Source of the DNA: Antechinus flavipes
Taxonomy: Eukaryota
DNA length: 64,000 nt
Assembly: GCF_016432865.1 (NCBI RefSeq)
Contig: NC_067399.1
Span: forward strand, 42,842,001 to 42,906,000
Reading direction: 5' to 3'
Made by a program: the position numbers and the translations under genes. The notes beneath the pieces were generated by a model. The model was not told the DNA's origin, did no database searches, and saw only the letters and a program-made list of their open reading frames with translations. Positions 13,510-43,174 of this stretch are shown in pieces; the stretch's first letter is position 1; the number at the start of each line of letters is the position of its first letter.

Positions 13510-13700
13510 AAAAGAAAATGGCGGCCTGGATCACCAGGCCAGTTGGAGTCAGCGTCACGTGACAGACCCCGCCCCTCCGCTTTCGGCGCCATTGCATCAG
13601 CCGGCTTACTACGCCCCGCGCTTGGTGCGGTACGGGGCAGCTGCGGATGCCGGGATTGATTGGCGGGGCAGAGAACCAATCGGCGGCCGCCGTGCTCCGG
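13510..13700 (+). promoter_or_regulatory. AARS1 CpG-island promoter with YY1, CLEAR/E-box, GC-box, C/EBP-ATF and CCAAT motifs
   Basis: aaaatggcggc (~13515), GTCACGTGAC 13554-13563, ccccgcccc 13567-13575, ATTGCATCA 13591-13599, gattgg/ccaat at ~13657 and 13676-13680. Confidence 0.8.
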
Positions 13701-13739
13701 CAGCCGCACCTTCGCTCTCAGTCCTCTCGCTCCGATTGG

Positions 13740-13823
13740 AACACGGGCAGGGCAGCTGGCAAGACTTGTGTGGAGTCCGGCTGATCTTGAGCTGACGGAT
13801 ACGGCAATCTTGGTCCGTCTCAG
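13740..13823 (+). other. AARS1: AARS1 non-coding exon 1 (TSS approximate)
   Basis: Lies downstream of the CCAAT boxes in the CpG island; donor CAG|gtaacg at 13823/13824. Confidence 0.6.
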
Positions 13824-14978
13824 GTAACGGCCTCGCGGCGGCTGGAGAAGTGGCCGGAGTGCCCGGGGAGGTGGGAACGGGTCGGGGTCGGAGAGTGGTG
13901 CGAACCCTGCAGTGTCCCCCGAGACCGGAGAGCCGGGTGCGAGGTACGGCGTCCTGGAGGAGTTCCGGCGCCCCGGGAATGGAAGCGGCGGCGGCCGCGG
14001 CCATCGGGCCTCCTCCGGGGGTCCGGACTCCCCAGGAGTCGGGCAGGTCGGCCGCGGGGGGGACGAGGTTTCTTCCCGGATTCTCCGGCCATCTCTGTGA
14101 GGGCGGGAGGAGGGAGTGGGGGTGAGTGAAGGGCTCCCTGTCTACACCTGCCCCAGCGTCACTGAGCTTTAAGCACCCCTGGGGAACGAACGGAGAACTG
14201 AATCAACACGGCGTTTTTTCTTTGGTTGGTTTTATGTTGGGGTTTTTTTATAATTCCGCCTACCCGGGGCTTTAAAAAACCCCTTTGGGAGAAAGAGCCT
14301 TCCTCGCCTTGTTTTGGGTCCTGGTGGACCTTCCCCGCTGTAGACTCCCCTCCTCGCGGCCACGTGACCGTGCTGCACAGCTCGGGTCAGACCCCATGCT
14401 GGACAATAATGTGGGGACGCCGGTGGAACCCTCATTTTGTCTGCGACTTTTATTTCATAAATATTTCACGTTTCTGTGTCACTATCCCTCCCAGCAGTGT
14501 GGGCCATTGTTACAGAAGGAGGATGCTGACCTAGAATGTCTCGGGGTTTGAATGGACTACTGGTTGAAAAGCGTCCTCATCTTTTCTCTCTTGTGATTGA
14601 TTGTGCTCTCTGAACCTTTCCATTGCCTTGTGTCTGAGGGAAAGCTTGTAGACCCGGTCAGCTGGCTTTTTATCGTGCTATGAGCGACCCCGAGCCCCTA
14701 GTTTACATCATTTACATTATTTGGGGGAAAGAAGAGTAAAACAATAGAGTTCTTGGTACTCAGAAAGTATTTCTCAAATTCAGTCGAACTCCATGGTTGA
14801 TCGCAAAGATTGGGAGAGGGTTCAAGAAGAAAGAATGATTGATGAGGCACCGAACTTTTAGGTACTTGCTCAGCAATGTAAGGATTTTCATCAATTCTGA
14901 AACTGAATAATATCATTTCCTCTGGTCTGATTTGGCTTGGCTTGAGATCCCAGAATCTTGTATATGGCGGTCCTTTAA

Positions 14979-33676
<18,698 letters not shown>

Positions 33677-34001
33677 GGGCGGCTGTGTCCGCTGGCAGGT
33701 GTCTCACCTCGCCACAGTGAGTGGAACGCTGCTGACATCTTAAGTCATCCCTTCCTCTTGGCCGTCCGCCCTAACAAAAACTGTAGCATTCTCCGGGACC
33801 CATTGGTCCCTGATTCAGGGCTAAAGTCCCTTGGGCCCCGGACCCACCTGGAACCACTACCCACCCAGGAGCCTGGGCTGTGCCGCTGCAATATTGCCCT
33901 CCATCCCCAATCTCCCCGGCCCTGAGACTGCTGTCCAACCTGATTGTCCGTCCCATGAGACCCATTACTTTGGGAGTAGGGATGGAAAGGGCTGTACCAA
34001 A

Positions 34002-34007
34002 ATTAAA
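34002..34007 (+). terminator. Probable AARS1 polyadenylation signal (ATTAAA)
   Basis: ~325 nt after the stop codon, followed by GU-rich sequence. Confidence 0.6.
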
Positions 34008-37000
34008 GAACCACATGCGTTGAATGTTGGCGTCTTGTGGTCATGGTCTCAAGGTGGCCTTTTATTTATTTTTTTAAATTTTTATTTATTTTGCTGCGGC
34101 AATTGGGGGTTAAGAAAAAAACTCCAAAGAGAGGGAAGGAAAAAAACAACAGAAAAAAGAAAGTGAACATTGCATGTTGATTTACATTCAGTCTCAGTTC
34201 TTTTTCTGAATGCGGATACACTTTCTGTCCAAAGTCTATTGGGATTGCTTTGAATCACTGAACCAAGTCTGTCACAGTTGGTATTACACATTTCTTTTGT
34301 TTTTGTGAGAGATCATGGCCTTCCCAATGATTGAAAAATGTGTACTAAATTTAATATAATAACAATATTGTTTCTAGTCCTGAACTTTTTTTTTTTGCAT
34401 TACTTTCACTAACCAACTTTCTTTTCTTTTTTTCTTTTTCTTTAAGTAACATAACCAGGGTCACACAGCTAGGGAGCATTTCTTTGGGTGGGTACACTTC
34501 CAAACCCTTTCATGACTTCCCCCATCTTTGTTACTTTAGGTTGAGGAAACTGCTGCTTAATTATCTTAATGCCATTTCCTCAGCAGTCAGTCACTTTGGC
34601 TGTGTTCTATCTCATTTTCTGTCTTTTCTCATCTATTAGCTCTATCAGTACAATCTCCAGTTTTTCCATCTTCCCAAAAAACCTGGATTTGACCAGAGAG
34701 TGAAGGGACAAGAATTGGGAGCAATCGTTACACCGATGATAAAATAACTAAAAGGAAAATCATATTGAAAAACCAGATTTGAACTCGCATCTTCCTGACT
34801 TCAGGGCTGGTGCTCTTTCCACCGCACTACCATGCTGTCTTTTTTTTTTTTTAAGCTTTTTATTTTCAAAACATATGCATGGATAATTTTTTGACATTGA
34901 CCCTTGTGTAGCCTTGTGTTTCAAATTTTCCCCCACTTCCCTCTACCCCCTCTTCTAGATGGCAAGCAATCCAATATCTGTTATACATGCCTAACCAGCT
35001 TTTTATCCTTTACTTCCTCCTCAAATAGAAGCCCTTCCTTTTAGCAAAACATATCAATATAAAGCCTGCCCCCCTGCCCCAATACATCCCTGTTTGATAA
35101 AAGGAAAAAGTGAAACCCCGACTTCATCCTAGCCTTCTGAAGCCACAGTGGTCTTTGCCTTGCCCTGAGTTCCAAGGTCTTTCAATGTGATTTTCCTTTT
35201 AGTCAAATCCAGATTTTTTGGGAACACCCTGTTTCTCCGGGAAAGCAGGAGGCTCAATGTTCTATGTAAGCCTCCTGTTCTTTCTATGCTGAAATGTTTT
35301 TCTGGGCTTTTTAAAGTAGGTAAGGTCACTTGAGGAAAAGCTCCTGTTTATAGAATGCTTTTCAAGTTTGCCTATCACTGCCCTTGTGCATTTATGTTGC
35401 GAGGAAACTGCAACAGGATCCTCCTTTTAGGGAGGAAGCTGTTGGAAGTTCAAGTGACTGGCCTAAAAAAATCAGGTGAGATTCAAACCCAGAGCTTCTG
35501 AGGCTTCCAGAGATATTTGACAACAGCTGAAACTACAATTAAGGGGATAGTAAATAAGTGAATAAATGAACTAAAAAACTTTAAGCAACTATGTAGGAGC
35601 AGACTGAGGGTTGCACACTTGCCATCTCAGAACTCTCTGGGCCACTTGGGCCCAGGAGGAGACTCTCAGACTCTAATCATTGTTTATTTAAAGGAGTCAC
35701 TCTCGACATCCCGCCAGCTAGAGCTGGTAGAGTCTGAAAGTCCCAGAGGAGGATACCTGGTCTGTGTGGCAAAGCCCAGGATAGGACACGGGGCTGAAGT
35801 ACTATGCATAGCACCTTCAAGGAGCTTATGCTGTCGATCAAATAGCAAGCATTTATTAACCCACAAACTGTCAGGTGCTGGGAATGCAGAGAGGGAAGCT
35901 GGCCAACACCTGGCTCACAGCAGGTTTTAGTGATTCATCCAGGTCAGACAAAGTGACCTGGGATGGGAAGACTGCTTTCCATGACCTGTGCTTAGACTGA
36001 CTCTGGAAAGAACCACTGATCAGATGGGACACAAGCATCCAGTGTGAGGGGCAGACAGCAAGTGCACCAGCAAAGCTGAACTTCAACAGAGTATGACCCA
36101 GACAGGACACTGGCCCTTGTTCCAGACACCATCACCACCCTGGGTGGGCAACATCCTTCCAGCCATCCTTGACTTCTCACTCAGTACATACTCCCAACAA
36201 AAATGGGGAAAAGCAGCATTATACAGTAGAGTCCTGCTTTTCCAGTCTGATTCTGATAGCATTTTACAAATATCTGATTTAATCCTCCCAACTCTGGGAA
36301 GTAAGGTGCTTTTATTATTCCTATCTGCCAGATGAGGAAACATTAACAAGGTCAAGGGAGTTGCCTGGGATCACACAGCTAGTATCTTGACCCCATCATC
36401 CTACTCAATAGTCTCTCACCCTGGGTTCAGCTCCTTTCAAGGCCTCCTTGGACTATTGCAGGACCTCCTTCGTGGCTTTTTGTTTCATCTCTTACCCCTT
36501 CCTGAAGCACAGGTCCTGCTATAGCCTGTTCAGTAAACCTCAATATTCCCATTAGGTGCTCAAAAGATCCAGCATAAAATTCTGATGCTGTTAGGGTAGC
36601 AGTTTCTAGTTTAAAATAAACATGAATTCATAGTGGCCATTCTCTGCCAAAAGGGACATTAATTTAGAAGTTAAAAGAAAAAAATAAAATAGCACCAGGA
36701 GTGGTAAATATGAAATAGATTTGAAAGAACAATTGAGTTATCAGGGATCTGAAAGAACCCATTAAATACATTAAAAGGTGAGTATCACCTGGCAGATTAA
36801 GTCCACGAAGAGTGTAGCAGACTATAGTAAGGCGAAAAGCCATTAAGGCTTTTAAGGTAGTAAGGAAAACATCATTAAAGGGAAGGCAGTATGAGAGAAC
36901 CTCCTAGTCCTGATAATCGAAGATCATCATAAGCACATCTTTTTTAGGGGAAATCTATAAACCTTTTATAGGGGAAAACCAGGGAGGTTCTTAAGGGAGG

Positions 37001-38329
37001 AGTTTGATAACTTAGGAGGGATCAAGGAGAAGCCTTTGATCAGTGGATGGAAGTCTGAGGGAACCTGGTCCCAGACTGATCTGAAGATGAGCTGATTAAT
37101 ACTTCAAAGGTTGTTTAAGTTGCCCAGAGATTGGAGGGCAGACAGTGGAGGGTGATAAAGAATTCCCAGTCACTCTACAAATGAGACAGTCTGGGATTTG
37201 GGTGTTCCTGCTAATAGCCAGGTGGGCTTCTTTCTGACAAGGGAAGAGAATAAGCTCAAACTCCACATCACTGGGGCAATGAGTGCCCTTTACCAACCTT
37301 GCCATCTCCTCACTTTGTAGTTCAGCCACTGCCCACAATGTTCTATCCTTCTGAAGAGGAAGAGCCGCCACCATCTTGCTCATCTTGCTCACCTGCCTGT
37401 TTGAGCTTTCAAAGCTTAGACAAAAGGCCATCTTCAAAAAACCTTTTCTGATCTCTAAGCCCTTCCCACGAGCTGCCACATGAGCCACCCGTGCACTTAG
37501 GACTGTGATCATCCCTAGGGGTGGATGGCGTGGTAAAGGTGGAAATTAGGATGGTTGATACAGAGTGCCTGAGGTTTGCAAAGTATTTCAAGGAGACTGC
37601 TGCATGTAGGTTATGGGGTTGGGGAGTAATGACGGGAAAGCAGCCGCTATCCTCCCTGGAGCCTGGAGGGTTGGGATGGAGAAGACACCTTGGGACTACA
37701 CATGAAAAAAGAAGCATGATCTGGCTTCCAGGAGAATTGTAGGGTAACCTGTGGCCTCCTCAGATACCCAAGAATATTGTGCTTCTTCCCAGGTGCATGG
37801 GCCCTCTGGATTATCTGGCACAAGGATGGAACAGGGCACCCACAAAATAGTGGGTCTCAGTGAGAGTGGAAGGGAAGAGCCCTTTGCTTTCATCCTCAGA
37901 GGCCCACGGCCACAGGGCTCTGCTGCAGCCCTTCCAGGTGCACGGAGAGTGCCCCCCCCCCGGACAGACATGGCCACGGCCTGCTGGCTGCGCCCTCGGG
38001 TGCTGCGGGATCTACTTCTGACCAGCAGAATGGCCGGGACGCCAACGATGCAGGCAGGCCGAGAGGCCGTTCCAGGGAAAACCTCCGAACCTCCTCTCTC
38101 CTTCCTTCCTAACAGTTTTTAAGCACAGCAAGGTTGTTAAAAGCATACACTCGTTCGCGAGCAACACCTGCGGCAGCAAATTCGCTTCATGACCTCCCGA
38201 CAGACATCTGGCCTTCTCTGGGGGCCGGTTCTTGAGCCCGTCAGCTCTGCTCAGAGAGGAAGAAAGCAGGAAAGGCTGATTTGCGGCTCCTTAACTCCGG
38301 ACAAACCAGACTTCTTTGAGTTTCTCACG

Positions 38330-38814
38330 GAGGCTTAGGAGCGCCCCGTGCCCTTTAAAGGTGCCCGCCCCTTGAACCTTTTACAGGGTTTCTGCCTTTC
38401 ACACCTAAGCGCGGTCCTCCACTGGCGTGCGTGCCTGCAGGTGCCTCCCGACACCGCCCGCGGGGGGCGCTGGCCGCAGGTGCCTCCCGACACTCCTAGG
38501 GGTCCGTGCTCGCCCTCGGGGGCGCCGGCAGCCCCCCTCGGAGGTCCGTGCACGGCCGCCAGGGCACCGCCGGCCACCCTCCGAGGGGCGTGCACAGCCG
38601 CGCATGCCGCTCTCCCGGGCGCTCGCGGGCCGCGTTCCGAGCCCACAGCGCATGCGCGCTTCGGGTCCGTCGCAGTTCTCTACCCCGGGCAGCAGGGGGA
38701 AGCAGCGCGGAGCAGCGTTCTCCCAAATCAGGCGGAAACGGCGAGGGTCCCACGCCGGAGGCGGACCTGCGGAATCGGCCAGCGGCCTCAGACGCGGCGC
38801 CGGCGATCCCAAAC
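38330..38814 (+). promoter_or_regulatory. EXOSC6 CpG-island promoter / 5' UTR with NRF1-like GCGCATGCGC
   Basis: gcgcatgcgc at ~38648 and gcgcatgcc at ~38600; CpG-dense. Confidence 0.65.
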
Positions 38815-39807
38815 ATGCCTGGGGATCACCGGCGCATCCGCGGGCCCGAGGAATCGCAACCGCCTTCGCTGTACGCGCTGCCGGGCCAGGAAGACGACGA
38901 CGATGAGGGGGAGGCCGGAGCGGCTGGGCCCCGCGATCCCGCGCGGCTGCGACCGGTATACGCGCGTGCCGGTCTGCTGAGCCAGGCCAAGGGCTCGGCC
39001 TACCTAGAGGCCGGCCGCACCAAGGTGCTGTGTGCCGTGTCCGGGCCGCGGCCGGCCGAGGGGGAGCGCTCGGGGGCGGCGGCGGCCGGCGCGGGCGGCC
39101 GCCTGGTGTGCGACTTCCGGCGGGCGCCTTTTTCGGGACCGCGGCGGCGGCGGCCGGGAGGTGCGGGCGCGGGCGGCGGCACGGAGGAGCGCGAGCTGGC
39201 GCTGGCAATGCAGGAGGCGCTGGAGCCCGCAGTGCGCCTGGGCCGCTATCCGCGCGCTCAGCTCGAGGTGTCGGCGCTGCTTCTGGAGGACGGCGGCTCG
39301 GCACTGGCCGCCGCGCTCACGGCCGCCTCCCTGGCGCTGGCGGACGCGGGCGTCGAGATGTACGACGTGGTGGTGGGCTGCGCACTGAGCCGCGGCCCGG
39401 GCCCCGACGCCGCCTGGCTGCTGGACCCCACGCGCCGCGAGGAGGAGCGCGCCGCCGCCGGCATCACGGTGGCGCTGCTGCCCGTACTCAACCAGGTGGC
39501 GGGCCTGCTGGGCAGCGGCGAGGCGGGCGAAGCGGAGAGCTGGGCGGCCGCCGTGCGCCTGGGCCTCGAGGGCTGCCAGCGCCTGTACCCCGTGCTGCAG
39601 CAGTGCCTGCTCCGCGCCGCGCGCCGAAGGGGTGAGGCGGCGGCGCCTGGCCCAGGCCCGGCCCCCGCCGCGCCCGGACCTGCCGATGCTGCCGCCGCCG
39701 CCGCGCCCTCCCGGACCCCCTCCGAGGCTGCTGCTGCTGCTGCTGCTGCTTCCGCCGCCGATGCCAACGCCATGACCCTCGACCCAGCTGGGGACTTGGA
39801 GGCCTGA
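38815..39807 (+). CDS. EXOSC6: Exosome complex component MTR3, intronless, 330 aa
   Basis: [17 protein letters not shown]...[24 protein letters not shown]...[20 protein letters not shown]...[13 protein letters not shown]; RNase PH family. Downstream of AARS1 in the same orientation as in human. The ORF-track start at 38506 is an upstream non-ATG start. Confidence 0.97.
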   Translation: MPGDHRRIRGPEESQPPSLYALPGQEDDDDEGEAGAAGPRDPARLRPVYARAGLLSQAKGSAYLEAGRTKVLCAVSGPRPAEGERSGAAAAGAGGRLVCDFRRAPFSGPRRRRPGGAGAGGGTEERELALAMQEALEPAVRLGRYPRAQLEVSALLLEDGGSALAAALTAASLALADAGVEMYDVVVGCALSRGPGPDAAWLLDPTRREEERAAAGITVALLPVLNQVAGLLGSGEAGEAESWAAAVRLGLEGCQRLYPVLQQCLLRAARRRGEAAAPGPGPAPAAPGPADAAAAAAPSRTPSEAAAAAAAASAADANAMTLDPAGDLEA

Positions 39808-40274
39808 GTGCCCCCATCGGGAGGGAGGAGGACCCATCCCCATCCTCCTTGTCACCTCCCTCCTCCCTCTCCCCAGAATGGCAGCAGTCCTGCCCCCCTG
39901 CTGCCACCCCTTCCCCTCACCCCCAGGCGATGGACCAAGGCCTGGGCATTCAGGAGCCCCACCCACCCAACCCCACTTCCCCCTCCCCCTGACCTGCTGC
40001 AACCCCGACCCACTCGAGGCTGCCAACACTGGTGCAAAACCCCTCCGGCCTTGACATCTTTCCTCCCCGAGGCCTGGGGGGGGTGGGGAGCGGCACCGGC
40101 CATCACCGGCCTCCTCCTCCCCAGCGATCCCCAAACCTGTTCTAACCATCACCGCCCACCCCCAATCCCCTGCAGCGGCCTCAGGACCCCCACCCTGCAA
40201 GTGCCTTCCTACAAGTGACAGACTTTGGGGGGACAGTTGCCTTTGGAGCCACGGAGCCATTTCTGTATATGTTG

Positions 40275-40280
40275 ATTAAA
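40275..40280 (+). terminator. Probable EXOSC6 polyadenylation signal (ATTAAA)
   Basis: ~470 nt after the stop codon, followed by GT-rich sequence. Confidence 0.5.
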
Positions 40281-40979
40281 AGATTGTTTGGCGTTTGACG
40301 AGCTGTTTTCCTTTGCCTCTTGGGCTTCCCGTACTGGCAAATTGGGGATTTCTCCCCTCCTTGCCTCTGAGCCCCCAGGTGTTAGACTGGGACAGGCAGG
40401 GAAGGAAGAGGGCCCCATAAGCTGGTGCTCCTATTGGGGAGACCTCAAGGTTGGGGGGCAGTTTTCTGATACCTGGATCGGCCTAAACAAGTGCCTGACT
40501 GCCTGCAGGGCCCGGCCCTTCCCCCCCCCAGGTGGTCACAATTACTGAAATTACTGGCAGGTGGCTCTAAAAAGGCAGGAAAGCACCAGGTCAGTCACTT
40601 GGGACTCTGCCATGGAGCCAAAGTGGGCCCTGCCAAGAGTGGCTTTATTTGGTCTACTTGGAACCCAAAATATGGCGTTAGGTCAAGGATGGGGTGCTGG
40701 CCGTGGCTCCTGGGGCTGGGTGCCCTGAAGAGGCCTGGGTACCAGTGGCTGGGACACAAATGTGTAAGGAATTTAGAGCTGAGCTGCCCAAGGGGGGGGG
40801 GTCCCCATCCCCTCAATAAGCAAAGATGTGGACATTTCCAGGAGTTCAAGGGCCATCTGGGTGTTTGGGATTGATCTGAGTGTTGGTCCCAGGAAGCCTA
40901 GGGCCTGCAGTGTGGTTGGGGGAGAGCAGAGAAGGAACTCATCCAAAACCCATTTAACCAGAGAAAAGAAATACAAACT

Positions 40980-40985
40980 TTTAAT
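40980..40985 (-). terminator. Candidate polyadenylation signal (ATTAAA) of the RALY-like gene; alternative AATAAA at 40644-40649
   Basis: Minus strand reads TGTATTGTGTTTAAAGGAAAAAAAATTAAAAGTTTGTATTTCTTTT, a typical 3' UTR end. Confidence 0.4.
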
Positions 40986-43010
40986 TTTTTTTCCTTTAAA
41001 CACAATACACTTTTCCAGAGCAGATTTGAAATACACAGTATCATACCAGCAAGAAGACAAGCTAGAAACTGGACATAAGAATGAACTACACCTGTTCTGA
41101 AAGGACAGCATGGGGGAAGGGGGGACAAGGAAGTAACAGGGCTAACCGGGGCAACATCGACCAAGGACCTGACTTATCTTCTACGGAGCAGAAACGCACC
41201 TGTCGGAAACAGAACTCATTTCCCATGCACCACTGTGGGTATGGAATTCTGCAGGGGCTGGGGGAGAAGGGGTCACATGAAGGCTAATAGTGCAAAACAT
41301 TGAAGCCACGGGGTCCTGGGAAAAGGGGGAACCTTGATGAGCCACCGGGAGCTGAGGCGCTGCCCTTGGCCTGGCTTGGTAGGGGTTCTCAGGGACCAGA
41401 GAAAGCACAGAATGGTATCGATCTCATTTTCTCACGCCACAGGGATAAGGGGGTATGCAGCCAATGTCTCCCCGACACTGGCTGGGCAGAAAGAAAGCTG
41501 GGGGAGCCCCATAAGGAACACTGGGGGGTTCTGTGTCAGATGGCTGATTTTGAGAGCAAAACCTGGGTTGTGTCTGCTGTGGAGCCAGGAAGCGAGCCAA
41601 TACTGTTGTAAATGGACTGACTGCTCGAGAGATGGGGGGCTGGGGTGGTACCAGTTCTATCCCTGGGAATGTTTCTTCAAGAAGAAATGTTGAGTGGGTA
41701 CCTGGTGGGGACGGGGAACTGAAAATCATCACTGAGCGATTTTGCAAGAACTTGGAATTGTTGGCCCAGACACTTCCCCAAATGCCCGTCCTGCCAAGCC
41801 TTACTACCAAGGGAACCCCTTTTTCATGAGGTGGGGGAAACAGCACAGAGGAAAGGAGGGTGGAGTTTTTTCAAAGGGAAATTCTAGACCTGCTGGATTT
41901 TCCTGCCTCCCCAGGCCCGTACTCTAGGCCTGCACCTCAGGGACTTGTGCCCAGCTTCTGGAGGAGAGGCTGGAGGGCAGGTCTCACGTGGCACAGGCTG
42001 GGAGGCCGACCCAGGAAGGGCCCCAGTGCTTCTACTGGCTCCCGTCAGGGTCCGATGTGTGGTTTTTCATCTGTACAGGGAAAAAGATGTCTTTAGTCCT
42101 CCCCAGGGCTGCTCAGAGGACCCGAGTCAAAGGCTTGAAGGAGCTATTAGAGGCAACGTGGTGGGGGAGAGGGAGCCAAGTCAGCCGTGGACTCATTTCC
42201 AAGAAGACCCCCGTCTGTGGTGGATCTAAATGGAGTTTTTGAAGAGACCACAGTGGTCTCGTGAGCCTCCCTGAAAGTGTGTCCCACAGTAAAATGGGGA
42301 ACCACGAGAAACTGAACGCAGTGGGAGGTGGGGCTCTGTGTCCGGGTTGTGTCTGAGCCCGAGAACCTCAGCACCCAGGGCTGGGCCAGAGGAGAACACC
42401 TCAGTCCGATTTCTTTCTCCCCCCTCCCCCCAAAAAAAGGAGCTGAGCCAGCTGGGAGGGAAGAGAGATCCCAGCTCCTTCATCTCTCAGCTGAGGATGG
42501 GGGGCTCTCAGAACCCAGAGAACCTCGTACATCAACAAGGTGACGTGAGGATCGACTGGGAGGGACATGGCTCTTCTCCCCGGGAGCGATTCGGGCCGGT
42601 TCCAACACATTTGTGATGGAGGGAGCCGTCCGCACCCAGGGAGGTCTACAGAGCCCAAATGTTCCCCACAACACAGCTTCTCCACCTGCTTGCTCGTTTT
42701 TTCCTTTCCCGTCGTCTATTCCCTTTTTGGTCTGATTTCTTTTGCGCAACAGGGCAACATGGAGATATGTTTACAAGGACTGCGCGTATTTAACCTAGAT
42801 CACAGTGCTTGCTGACTCAAAAACTTGGAATCCAACGTTTCACAAAAAATGAAGGTTGGAACGATGACCAGTTCCAGCTTTTAAGTGGGGGGGTCCAGCG
42901 CTCACTTCTCTCTCCCTCTCCCCTAGGAGGAGCTAACGAGATGCCTCCCCAACCAGCGCAGGGGCAGGAGGGCTGGGGGAAGCGGGGCTGGCGTGGACAC
43001 GGACCCTCAC

Positions 43011-43174
43011 TGCCTCCTCCGTGTCCGTGCTCTCTTCCGCACTGTCGGCCTCCCTGCGGCTGCGAGCTCTGGCCTCCGGGCTCTCTTTGCCCCTGGGCTC
43101 CCGCTGGGCCTCCGGGGCCGCACTGGAGGACTCCCCGCCGGCCGAGGCCGCCTTCTTCTCGCTGTCTTGGGGCC
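43011..43174 (-). CDS. RALY-like gene, acidic C-terminal exon (...EADSAEESTDTEEA)
   Basis: Acceptor CTCTTGTTGCGCAG, probable donor CA|GTGAGG; DSAEE resembles hnRNP C DDSAEEGD; 164 nt. Confidence 0.78.

Noticed and set aside
38506-38814. N-terminal extension of EXOSC6 in the ORF track
   Set aside because: Starts at a non-ATG codon; the conserved start is MPGDHRR at 38815.
38405-40260. Long antisense and alternative-frame ORFs over EXOSC6 (299, 418 aa and others)
   Set aside because: Shadows of a very GC-rich CDS; no recognisable domains.
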